This document shows positions 48,848-56,674 of a stretch of 64,000 nt of DNA, piece after piece. This DNA is from Candidatus Daviesbacteria bacterium. Its GTDB lineage: Bacteria > Patescibacteriota > Microgenomatia > Daviesbacterales > UBA10151. Made by a program: the position numbers and the translations under genes. The stretch is from positions 258,477-322,476 of the forward strand of contig JACOXI010000003.1 in the NCBI GenBank assembly GCA_016176335.1. The letters run 5' to 3'. Under the pieces are notes generated by a model. It had not been told where the DNA came from. It was given only the letters and a program-made list of their open reading frames with translations, and searched no databases. Numbering within the stretch: the first letter of the stretch is position 1; each line of letters opens with the position of its first letter.

Positions 48848-48868
48848 AAAAAATCCCCTTTCGGGGAT
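48848..48868 (-). terminator. Terminator of the FMN riboswitch expression platform
   Basis: Minus strand ATCCCC-GAAA-GGGGAT followed by a T run, just before the ATG; CCCCGAAAG is complementary to the aptamer 5' CTTTCGGGG. Confidence 0.85.
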
Positions 48869-48895
48869 ACAATAAACACCAATTGGTGTATTTTT

Positions 48896-49071
48896 CTTTC
48901 TTTCATCCCGACTGTACCCTTCGATACTTCGACTTCGCTCAGTACTCAGGGTTCTTCACTTTGTGAAGAACGGTCGGCTTTGGACTTTCACCAAATCATC
49001 CATATACCGTTTCTGGTATGTGGTCGTGGGCTATACCACCGATTTTGACTTACACAAAACCCCGAAAGAAC
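48896..49071 (-). ncRNA. FMN (RFN) riboswitch with a repeat insertion
   Basis: CTTTCGGGG...CGGTGGTATAGCCCACGA...GATTTGGTGAAAGTCCAAAGCCGAC[insert]AGTCGGGATGAAAGAAAG upstream of the rib operon. Confidence 0.9.
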
Positions 49072-49094
49072 AGCTATAGTATAACACAAAAAAA

Positions 49095-49172
49095 TACATT
49101 CGACTATGCTCAGTATTTTTTTTGTGCTGAGTAATATCGAAGCACAAAAAAACTCGCGCAAGGCGAGTTTTC
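49095..49172. repeat. REP-like palindrome doublet plus hairpin
   Basis: TTCGACTATGCTCAGTA...TGCTGAGTAATATCGAAGCA; AAAACTCGC-GCAAG-GCGAGTTTT. Confidence 0.75.
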
Positions 49173-49264
49173 TTGAGAACCTACTTTTCAGTAAGCCAAA
49201 TGTTTATATCAAACAGATCAAGATGGGTCAAGTAGTACAAAATAGATCATGATACAATTAAGAT

Positions 49265-49717
49265 ATGGTATACCTTGGTACTGATCATGCGGGGTTTGAG
49301 TTAAAAGAAAAAATTAAAGGGTTTTTAAAGGAGCAGGGATATGAGACCGAAGATTTTGGTGCACATTCTTTAGATTTGGAGGATGACTACCCTGATTTTA
49401 TATCAAAAGCTGCGGAAGCTGTTTCCAAAAATCCGGAAAGCAAGGCAATAATTTTGGGAGGTTCAGGACAAGGAGAGGCCATAGTTGCTAATAAATATCC
49501 CAATGTTAGAGCTGTTGTATATTACGGGAGAGCGCAGCAGATACCTGCTCTGGCTCGCCAACACAATGATGCCAACATCTTGTCTCTGGGAGCCAGATTT
49601 TTAACCGAGGAAGAAGCATTAGAGGCTGTTGGGTTATTTTTGCAAACTCCATTTACTAAAGAAGCGCGTCATGTCAGAAGAATAGAAAAAATAGAACATA
49701 TAGAGCAAAGTCGTTAA
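49265..49717 (+). CDS. rpiB: Ribose-5-phosphate isomerase B
   Basis: GTDHAGFELK, DDYPDF, GGSGQG..IVANK, ARQHNDAN. Confidence 0.95.
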   Translation: MVYLGTDHAGFELKEKIKGFLKEQGYETEDFGAHSLDLEDDYPDFISKAAEAVSKNPESKAIILGGSGQGEAIVANKYPNVRAVVYYGRAQQIPALARQHNDANILSLGARFLTEEEALEAVGLFLQTPFTKEARHVRRIEKIEHIEQSR

Positions 49718-50359
49718 ATGGTACAAATTATTCCGGCCATACTTTCTACCTCAGAGGATGATTACGCAAGAGATGTCTCGCGTTACCAGAAGTCTTCATT
49801 CTTCCAAGAAGGTTGGGTTCATATTGATTTCATGGACAATATTTTTGTTCCAAATAAAAGTATTGAACCGCCAGTAATAGCTAAACACCCGATTAATTTA
49901 CATAAAGAAGCTCACCCCATGGTCTTACATCCTTTGCAATGGGTTGACAGTTTAGTGAAGGTGGGATTTGAGAGGATAATTTTTCATATAGAGGCAGCAG
50001 ATACTAGTGAATGTATAGAGTATATCAAGAGTCAGGGACTTGAGGTAGGACTGGCTATAAATAATAAGACCCCTATGGAGAAACTAACACCTTTCATTGC
50101 TAAAATAGATGTGGTACTAGTGATGTCTATCATCCCGGGTTTTCAGGGACAACCGTTTATTCATGAGTCTTTGGATAAAATCAGAAAATTAAAATCTAAG
50201 GAATGGAAAGTCCGAATCGGGATAGATGGAGCAGTGAAAGATGATAATATTAGGGAGATTGTTGATGCGGGAGTAGATTTTATCACAGTTGGTTCGTATC
50301 TTCTTAAAGGGGATATTGATGAAAATTTAGAAAAGTTATGGGAGGTAATCAATGAATGA
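49718..50359 (+). CDS. rpe: Ribulose-phosphate 3-epimerase
   Basis: HIDFMD..FVPN, FHIEA, MSIIPGFQGQ, IDGAV. Confidence 0.92.
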   Translation: MVQIIPAILSTSEDDYARDVSRYQKSSFFQEGWVHIDFMDNIFVPNKSIEPPVIAKHPINLHKEAHPMVLHPLQWVDSLVKVGFERIIFHIEAADTSECIEYIKSQGLEVGLAINNKTPMEKLTPFIAKIDVVLVMSIIPGFQGQPFIHESLDKIRKLKSKEWKVRIGIDGAVKDDNIREIVDAGVDFITVGSYLLKGDIDENLEKLWEVINE

Positions 50360-50984
50360 TAATACTTTAAGAAAAGCTAAAAATATTGAGCAGGTGGCAA
50401 TTTTCGGATCATCGCATGCAGCGCTTGACAGCCAACTGGCAAAAGATACATCTGAAGTTTCCAAAAAATTAGCAGAAGCGGGATATATTGTGGTGGATGG
50501 CGGAGGACCGGGGGTTATGAGAGCGGCAACAGAAGGGGCAAAGTCTGTTGGAGGTAAGGTGATAGGGATAGTGTTGGAAGCAGATGAGCACATGCATTAT
50601 GAGGGAAGGGATCCCGAGAATAAATTTGACATAGAGATTAAGGCAAAAAATTTTGTAGAAAGGACAATCGCGCTGATGCGGGAAGGTCAGGTTTATGTGG
50701 TATTTAATGGTGGGACAGGCACCATATCGGAATTTGGCATGGCGTGGGGGTTAGCCAAATTATACTTTGGTCACCATAAACCGCTTATTTTGTACGGTAA
50801 GTTTTGGGAAAATATTATGAATACATTTAAAGAAAATATGCTGATAACAAACGAGGAGAGAGAGGTATATAAAATTGTAGACTCCCCAGAAGGTGTTTTA
50901 GAAGCAATTATTCAGTTTGAAGAAGAATTGGAAAAAGGGGAGCATAAGTATATTCAAACAACCAGAGGTGATTTCACAAATTAG
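50352..50984 (+). CDS. LOG/nucleotide phosphoribohydrolase-like protein
   Basis: AIFGSS, GGGPGVMRA, FVER, GGTGTISE. Confidence 0.85.
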   Translation: MNDNTLRKAKNIEQVAIFGSSHAALDSQLAKDTSEVSKKLAEAGYIVVDGGGPGVMRAATEGAKSVGGKVIGIVLEADEHMHYEGRDPENKFDIEIKAKNFVERTIALMREGQVYVVFNGGTGTISEFGMAWGLAKLYFGHHKPLILYGKFWENIMNTFKENMLITNEEREVYKIVDSPEGVLEAIIQFEEELEKGEHKYIQTTRGDFTN

Positions 50985-51000
50985 TGATACTATTAAAGTT

Positions 51001-51837
51001 ATGACTTTAACTGATACAGATTATCGTAAGTTGGAGGAGAAAGCCAATTTAATCCGCCAGGATATTATTAAAATGCTTTTGGAGGCAGGTTCCGGCCATT
51101 CTGCCGGACCTTTGGGGATGGCAGATATTTTTGCTGCCTTGTATTTTAATATTTTAAAGCATGATCCTGCTAAGCCGGATTGGGAAGATCGGGATAGGCT
51201 AATTTTATCCAATGGACATATTTGTCCGGTACGTTATGCGGCCATGGCTCATGCCGGTTATTTTCCTATTTCCGAACTTAAAACTTTGAGAAAATTAGGG
51301 AGCAGACTTCAAGGACATCCACACAGAGGTGCACTTCCAGGTATTGAAACAACATCAGGTCCCCTAGGATCCGGATTATCACAAGCAATAGGGTTGGCAT
51401 TGGCAGGCAGAATTGATGGGGCAAAATGGAGAGTAATTTGCCTCATGTCAGATGGAGAGCAGGATGAAGGAAATACCTGGGAAGCAGTAATGCTTGCCAG
51501 TAAATACAAACTACACAATATGACTGCCTTAATGGATCGTAACAATATTCAAATTGACGGGTTTACGGAAGATGTAATGCCGCTGGATTCCTTAAAAAAT
51601 AAATACGAAGCTTTTGGTTGGTATGTTTTAGAGATTGACGGCCATAATATGGAGGAAATAATTGATGCTTTCAGTCAGGCCAAAGCAATTTTTGAAAAAC
51701 CGACTTTAATTATTGCCCACACAATTCCAGGGAAAGGTGTTGATTTTATGGAGAATAAATTTGAATGGCATGGAAAACCACCCAATAAAGAAGAAGCAGA
51801 GCTGGCTTTAAAACAGCTACAGAAATCAGGGGAGTAA
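51001..51837 (+). CDS. Transketolase N-terminal (TPP-binding) subunit
   Basis: SGHSAGPLG, RDRLILSNGH, LQGHP, SGPLGSG, SDGEQDEG. Confidence 0.95.
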   Translation: MTLTDTDYRKLEEKANLIRQDIIKMLLEAGSGHSAGPLGMADIFAALYFNILKHDPAKPDWEDRDRLILSNGHICPVRYAAMAHAGYFPISELKTLRKLGSRLQGHPHRGALPGIETTSGPLGSGLSQAIGLALAGRIDGAKWRVICLMSDGEQDEGNTWEAVMLASKYKLHNMTALMDRNNIQIDGFTEDVMPLDSLKNKYEAFGWYVLEIDGHNMEEIIDAFSQAKAIFEKPTLIIAHTIPGKGVDFMENKFEWHGKPPNKEEAELALKQLQKSGE

Positions 51838-51841
51838 AATT

Positions 51842-52831
51842 ATGATAAATAGAAAAATGAATTTAAACAGTAAACTTTTTGATGATGGTGTAGAGCAAAT
51901 TCCCAGCCGCAATGGTTTTGGAGAAGGGTTAGTTTTGGCAGCAGAAGAGAATGAACAGGTGGTCGGACTGTGTGCAGATCTGACTGAATCTACCAGAATG
52001 CAAGCATTTGCCGAAAAATTCCCGCAAAGATTTATAGAAGTTGGTGTAGCTGAACAAAATTTGGCAACTGTGGCAGCAGGAATGGCTCTTGGAGGGAAGA
52101 TTCCTTTCATCGCATCTTATGCAACTTTCTCCCCAGGTAGAAATTGGGAACAAATCAGAACAACTATTTGCTATAACGATGTGCCAGTTAAAATTATCGG
52201 TTCTCATGCCGGAGTTTCTGTTGGACCGGACGGAGCAACACATCAAGCCTTAGAGGATATAGCTATGATGCGTGTATCACCAAATGTGGTGGTAGTTTCT
52301 CCAGCAGATTCAATTGAAGCTAGAAAAGCCACTTTAGCAATTGCCCGCCTCAATAAACCTTGTTATTTGAGACTCTCCAGAGACAAAGTTCCTGTTATCA
52401 CCACCAATACTACCCCTTTTGAAATAGGAAAAGCAGAGGTTTTCTATGAAGGAAAGGATGCTACGATTGTTGCAACAGGACAGATGGTATATAGAGCCTT
52501 AATGGCAGCAAAAGAGTTGGAATCGAGTAAAATTTCTGTTCGAGTAATAAATTGTCACACGATAAAACCAATAGACCAAGAAACTATTTTAAAAGCTGCA
52601 AAAGAAACAGGGGCAATAGTTAGTGCGGAAGAGCATCAAGTTACAGGAGGATTGGGCGGGGCGGTGGCTGAAGTTTTGTCCCAAAATTACCCTGTACCTT
52701 TACAGATAGTTGGTATTGAGGACAGATTTGGTGAATCAGGTGCACCGAATGAACTTATGGAAAAATTCGGATTGACAAAGAATGCAATTATAAAAGCTAT
52801 AATGCAAGTTTTAAGAATGAAAGGAAAATGA
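51842..52831 (+). CDS. Transketolase C-terminal subunit
   Basis: ADLTEST, GVAEQN, GPDGATHQALED, EEHQ..GGLG, FGESG. Confidence 0.95.
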   Translation: MINRKMNLNSKLFDDGVEQIPSRNGFGEGLVLAAEENEQVVGLCADLTESTRMQAFAEKFPQRFIEVGVAEQNLATVAAGMALGGKIPFIASYATFSPGRNWEQIRTTICYNDVPVKIIGSHAGVSVGPDGATHQALEDIAMMRVSPNVVVVSPADSIEARKATLAIARLNKPCYLRLSRDKVPVITTNTTPFEIGKAEVFYEGKDATIVATGQMVYRALMAAKELESSKISVRVINCHTIKPIDQETILKAAKETGAIVSAEEHQVTGGLGGAVAEVLSQNYPVPLQIVGIEDRFGESGAPNELMEKFGLTKNAIIKAIMQVLRMKGK

Positions 52832-52916
52832 AGATGTGTGAGACTTGCGGGCAAGCTTTTTCCTCATTGGTGGCGGGGGTAATATCGCTTATCTCTTTTA
52901 TCCTTTTTCCCCTACT

Positions 52917-53585
52917 TCAGCTTTTTTTTGCCTCAATTAGATTACTTTTGAGTAAGGTTGGTAGGATCATGGTAACAATTCGTACTATTACAACAAAGGC
53001 AGCAAAACCGAAAGTTATCTGGCCAACCACCCTTTTGATTACTAAAACTCCATTGACAGATTCAACTAAATAAAAGTGTAAAACTGCCAAAATTAATGCC
53101 AGATATGCTGTTGACTGGACAATTTTCCAAATCTTAGGGCTTAAAGAATTTAAAGCCAGCTTGTTAGAGGTTAAGGTGACTGCCGAAAGTATTAATAAAG
53201 AAGCCAGACCAGCCAGCAAGCCAAGGTATTTGGGACTGGCCGGGTTAAATAATTTGGCTAGATTGTAATTAACATAGAAAATATAAATTAAAATAGCATG
53301 GGATAGGGCAACAAAAAAGCTCAATATTCCCCAAAATTTCCGGTGGGCTTTTAAAACATCCAAGGTAGGGAAAAACCTGCAGGCAGGGCCAATCAGTAAA
53401 GTTAGGGATAGCAGGGCAACAGACATTAGGCCGGTGGTTTTAACCATTTCTTGAGGGGAAACTTTGCCAAAATTGTAAAACTGAAAATACAGCCAGAAAA
53501 GGATGAGCGGTACCCCAAAATCAATTAATCTTTGGGTTATATTTTTATCTTCAGAGTAATGATAAGGATGGACTTTATTTTTCAT
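52917..53585 (-). CDS. Ferric-reductase-like heme membrane protein (MsrQ/YedZ-like)
   Basis: TG..S..LL.LTL..GP, HRKFWG..SF....H, LTSN, W..VQ..AY......LH. Confidence 0.78.
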   Translation of the reverse strand: MKNKVHPYHYSEDKNITQRLIDFGVPLILFWLYFQFYNFGKVSPQEMVKTTGLMSVALLSLTLLIGPACRFFPTLDVLKAHRKFWGILSFFVALSHAILIYIFYVNYNLAKLFNPASPKYLGLLAGLASLLILSAVTLTSNKLALNSLSPKIWKIVQSTAYLALILAVLHFYLVESVNGVLVIKRVVGQITFGFAAFVVIVRIVTMILPTLLKSNLIEAKKS

Positions 53586-53626
53586 TGACTAAATGGTGTG
53601 TATTAAAGATTATACCACATGAGATC

Positions 53627-53655
53627 TTGACATATCCCCTATGGGGGGATATAGT
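53627..53655 (+). promoter_or_regulatory. Sigma70 promoter overlapping a CsoR/RcnR-type operator
   Basis: TTGACA-17-TATAGT enclosing the pseudo-palindrome ATATCCCCTATGGGGGGATAT (C/G tracts). Confidence 0.85.
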
Positions 53656-53664
53656 ATATGGATT

Positions 53665-53937
53665 ATGTACAGACCTAAAGATACACAGGAAAGAATTCTG
53701 CATAGACTAAGGATCGCCAGGGGGCATCTTGATAAAGTGATCAAGATGATTGAGAATGGGGACTACTGCATTGATATTATCCACCAATCCCAGGCTGTTC
53801 AAAGTGCTCTGCGAGAAGCTGACTCCTTAACTTTAGAAAACCACTTGAAAACCTGTGTGGTTGATCATATTAAAAAGGGCGAGACAGAGACTTCTATCAA
53901 AGAAATAATGTATGTTTTTAAGAAGAATAAGCAATAA
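53665..53937 (+). CDS. csoR: Metal-sensing repressor CsoR
   Basis: RLRIARGHL...YCIDII.Q..AV...LENHLKTCV (C-H-C ligands). Confidence 0.92.
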   Translation: MYRPKDTQERILHRLRIARGHLDKVIKMIENGDYCIDIIHQSQAVQSALREADSLTLENHLKTCVVDHIKKGETETSIKEIMYVFKKNKQ

Positions 53938-53938
53938 G

Positions 53939-54436
53939 ATGAATGACAAAAAAATTATTATTGGCTTTGTAGTCTTAACGCTCTTAATACTGGGAGGTGG
54001 AGTTTATATTTTAAGTGTTACCACTGCTAATCCTGCTGTGGTTAATCTTGCCCAAAATGCCAAAGTGTCTGTTGATCAAAAAACTCATGATTGGGGAAAT
54101 ATCCCTTATAGCGGAGGTAATGTCAGCAAAACTTTTACTATTAAAAATACAGGAACTGATTCCTTAAAGCTGACTAACATAAAAACTTCATGTGCTTGTA
54201 CTTATGCTCAAGTAATCATCGATGGGAAGACAAGTCCTAATTTTGGTATGCACACCACTTCTTCCTGGGTGGGAGAGGTGGCTCTAGGTAAAGAAGCCAA
54301 CTTAACGGTCGTTTTTGATCCGGCTTTCCATGGTCCGTCAGGTGTGGGAGCTATTGAACGGTTGGTGTCGGTTGAAACAAATGATATTCAAAATCCTAAA
54401 TTAGAATTTTCCTTAAAAGGGGTAGTAGTGAAATAA
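53939..54436 (+). CDS. DUF1573-like Ig-fold membrane-anchored protein
   Basis: TM followed by DWGNI...F.IKNTG...IKTSCACT; FDPAFHGP. Confidence 0.8.
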   Translation: MNDKKIIIGFVVLTLLILGGGVYILSVTTANPAVVNLAQNAKVSVDQKTHDWGNIPYSGGNVSKTFTIKNTGTDSLKLTNIKTSCACTYAQVIIDGKTSPNFGMHTTSSWVGEVALGKEANLTVVFDPAFHGPSGVGAIERLVSVETNDIQNPKLEFSLKGVVVK

Positions 54437-54449
54437 TTCAAAATTCAAA

Positions 54450-55397
54450 ATGCAAAATTCAAAATTACAATTAAAAATTCAAAAATTTTTATCTAAAGCA
54501 GTGCCGCTTTGGATGGTGCTTTTGATTGTTTTAAATTCCACCCTAATCATGGGTATTATCCAGTACTATTTGATGAAGCAGGAATTGGATAAAAATATCC
54601 GGCAGCTTGCAAAAACCACTCAAACTCCCCAGCAACTGGCGCAAATTTTAAAACAGGAGGTTGTGCCTCAAAAAGGTTATGTGACCTCTTTAAAATGGAA
54701 AGATTTAGGCAAAAGATTAGTGGAGACAGGGGCTATTGATAAGAAAAAATATGAGGAAATCTTTACTCAAAATGTGGATGGAGGGGATCATATGAAATAT
54801 ATGGATGGAAATTGGGAGGAGAATATTGCTATTAACGAGCAAAATGCCCGTTTTATGGTTAATACTTTTTGGGCTTTGGGGTTGGTTAATAAGAGTAAGG
54901 TTTTAGATGAAGGGCCAATGAGGGGAGAGGGTATTGAAACCGGAAACATGGCTTCAACCGCAGGTTGGACTTTGGGTAGTAAACCTGCCATGGAGCTTTA
55001 TTCTTCAAGTCCAACAATTCCTTTAACTGCCGAGCAGCAAGAACTGGTTAAAAAGATTGCCCAAAATGTTTTTCGTCCTTGCTGCGGTAACTCAACTTAT
55101 TTTCCGGACTGCAACCATGGTATGGCTGCCTTAGGATATATTGAGTGGGCAATCTATAATGGATTATCTGAAGACCAAATTTATAAAGATCTTTTAGCCT
55201 TTAATTCTTTCTGGTTTCCGCAAAATTATGTAGAGATGGCAGTTTATTTTGATAAGCAAAATATCAAATGGAAAGATTTAGACCCAAAATTGGCACTCTC
55301 TGCCTCTTATTCTTCGGCGCAAGGTGTGCAGCGTATAAAACAAGCCATACAATCTGTTCCCGGGGTTTCCGGAAGCGGCGGAGGTTGTGGTGTATAA
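54450..55397 (+). CDS. Cys-rich exported hypothetical protein (RPCC...DCNHG family)
   Basis: TM plus FRPCCGNSTYFPDCNHG; C-terminus GGGCGV; paralog at 59878. Confidence 0.8.
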   Translation: MQNSKLQLKIQKFLSKAVPLWMVLLIVLNSTLIMGIIQYYLMKQELDKNIRQLAKTTQTPQQLAQILKQEVVPQKGYVTSLKWKDLGKRLVETGAIDKKKYEEIFTQNVDGGDHMKYMDGNWEENIAINEQNARFMVNTFWALGLVNKSKVLDEGPMRGEGIETGNMASTAGWTLGSKPAMELYSSSPTIPLTAEQQELVKKIAQNVFRPCCGNSTYFPDCNHGMAALGYIEWAIYNGLSEDQIYKDLLAFNSFWFPQNYVEMAVYFDKQNIKWKDLDPKLALSASYSSAQGVQRIKQAIQSVPGVSGSGGGCGV

Positions 55398-56234
55398 ATG
55401 GAAAGTGTATTTTTTCAAACATCACTGGTAGCAGCTTTTGTGGCGGGAATGGTGGCTCTGTTTGCTCCATGTTGTATTACATTTCTTCTTCCGGCATATT
55501 TAGGATCTGTTTTTAAAGAAAAAGAAAAGATAGTTTTAATGACTTTAGTTTTCGGGGCGGGAATTTTTGTAACTTTGATGCCGGCAGTTTTAGGGGTGGC
55601 GCTAATTTCCAAAATGCTTTTTAGATACCATGATGCAATTTATATTACAGGCGGCTTGCTGATGCTTTTTGTGGCAGCAGTTACCTTTTTAGGCTTAAAA
55701 TTACCAATGCCCTCATTACCAAATGCAAAGATTGGCAGGAGAGCAGACATATTATCAATTTTTACTCTGGGTATTTTCTCCGGTATCACATCTGCCTGTT
55801 GCGCACCGGTTTTGATTGGAATTATGACTTTGACTTTTCTTTCTCCCAGCTTTTTCGGAGCGCTTTTGGTGGGTGGGACTTATGTATTGGGGATGGTAGT
55901 ACCGCTTCTTATGATGGCGGTTTTTTTGTCGGACAAGATGCCCAAAATGGTCTTTTTAAGAAGGCCGGTTACCAGCATTAACCTTTTCGGCAGAACTTAT
56001 ATGGTGGCATTGAGTAATCTGATTGCCTCGGTGATATTTTTCGCAACAGGCATCCTGGCTTTGGGGCTGACTTTGACAGGGAAATTGTCTTCTCAAGATA
56101 TGGACATATTCACCAAAACCATAACAGGAGTATTAAATAACGTGAATAATGTTTTTGGCAGCAATATTTTTGTAAATATTTTATTCGTCGTGGTCTTGGC
56201 ATTCCTTATTTATAAAGTTTCGAAAAAGCTTTAG
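55398..56234 (+). CDS. CcdA/DsbD-like thiol-redox membrane protein
   Basis: AGMVALFAPCCITFLLPAY and SACCAPVL. Confidence 0.85.
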   Translation: MESVFFQTSLVAAFVAGMVALFAPCCITFLLPAYLGSVFKEKEKIVLMTLVFGAGIFVTLMPAVLGVALISKMLFRYHDAIYITGGLLMLFVAAVTFLGLKLPMPSLPNAKIGRRADILSIFTLGIFSGITSACCAPVLIGIMTLTFLSPSFFGALLVGGTYVLGMVVPLLMMAVFLSDKMPKMVFLRRPVTSINLFGRTYMVALSNLIASVIFFATGILALGLTLTGKLSSQDMDIFTKTITGVLNNVNNVFGSNIFVNILFVVVLAFLIYKVSKKL

Positions 56235-56259
56235 ACTGGATTTAAGGAGGTGATTTTAA

Positions 56260-56397
56260 ATGATGGGTTATGGAAATTGGGGGTATGGCATGATGAGTTC
56301 CGGATTTGGAGTTTTGGCAACCGTTTTCTGGTTGGTTATTTTCATTGACCTTATTCTTATAGGTATTTGGCTTTGGAAACAGATTCAAAAGAAGTAA
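56260..56397 (+). CDS. Small Met/Gly-rich membrane peptide (not in ORF track)
   Basis: SD AAGGAGGTGA; MMGYGNWGYGMMSSGFGVLATVFWLVIFIDLILIGIWLWKQIQKK*. Confidence 0.8.
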   Translation: MMGYGNWGYGMMSSGFGVLATVFWLVIFIDLILIGIWLWKQIQKK

Positions 56398-56410
56398 GGA
56401 GGTGAGAAAA

Positions 56411-56674
56411 ATGTTAAATGCAAAAGCTTTTGCCAATGCGGCATCAGCCGTGATGGGAATTTGGGTGGTAGTTTGTGCATTAGTTTCATATATTGCACCG
56501 GACCTTTTGTTTACTATAGCCCAATCCTGGATGCATACCATTAATTTGGAGGTAGCCAAAACTACTTTCAGTCCGAATTTGGGATTATTACTTTTGGGGC
56601 TGGTAAGCGCAACAGGTCTAACCTGGATAACAACCTATGGCACCATCAGTTTATACAATAAGTGGGTAAGATGA
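56411..56674 (+). CDS. Small two-TM membrane protein (DUF5676-like)
   Basis: SD AAGGAGGTGA; VVCAL...P.L....QSWMH pattern. Confidence 0.7.
   Translation: MLNAKAFANAASAVMGIWVVVCALVSYIAPDLLFTIAQSWMHTINLEVAKTTFSPNLGLLLLGLVSATGLTWITTYGTISLYNKWVR

Noticed and set aside
48824-49048. 74-aa ORF containing FDTSTSLSTQG
   Set aside because: Antisense to the FMN riboswitch; the peptide comes from the repeat insert.
52828-53073. 81-aa ORF with CxxC and a hydrophobic stretch, coupled to the transketolase gene
   Set aside because: Mostly antisense to the MsrQ-like gene; cannot be supported without homology, though a short real peptide is not excluded.
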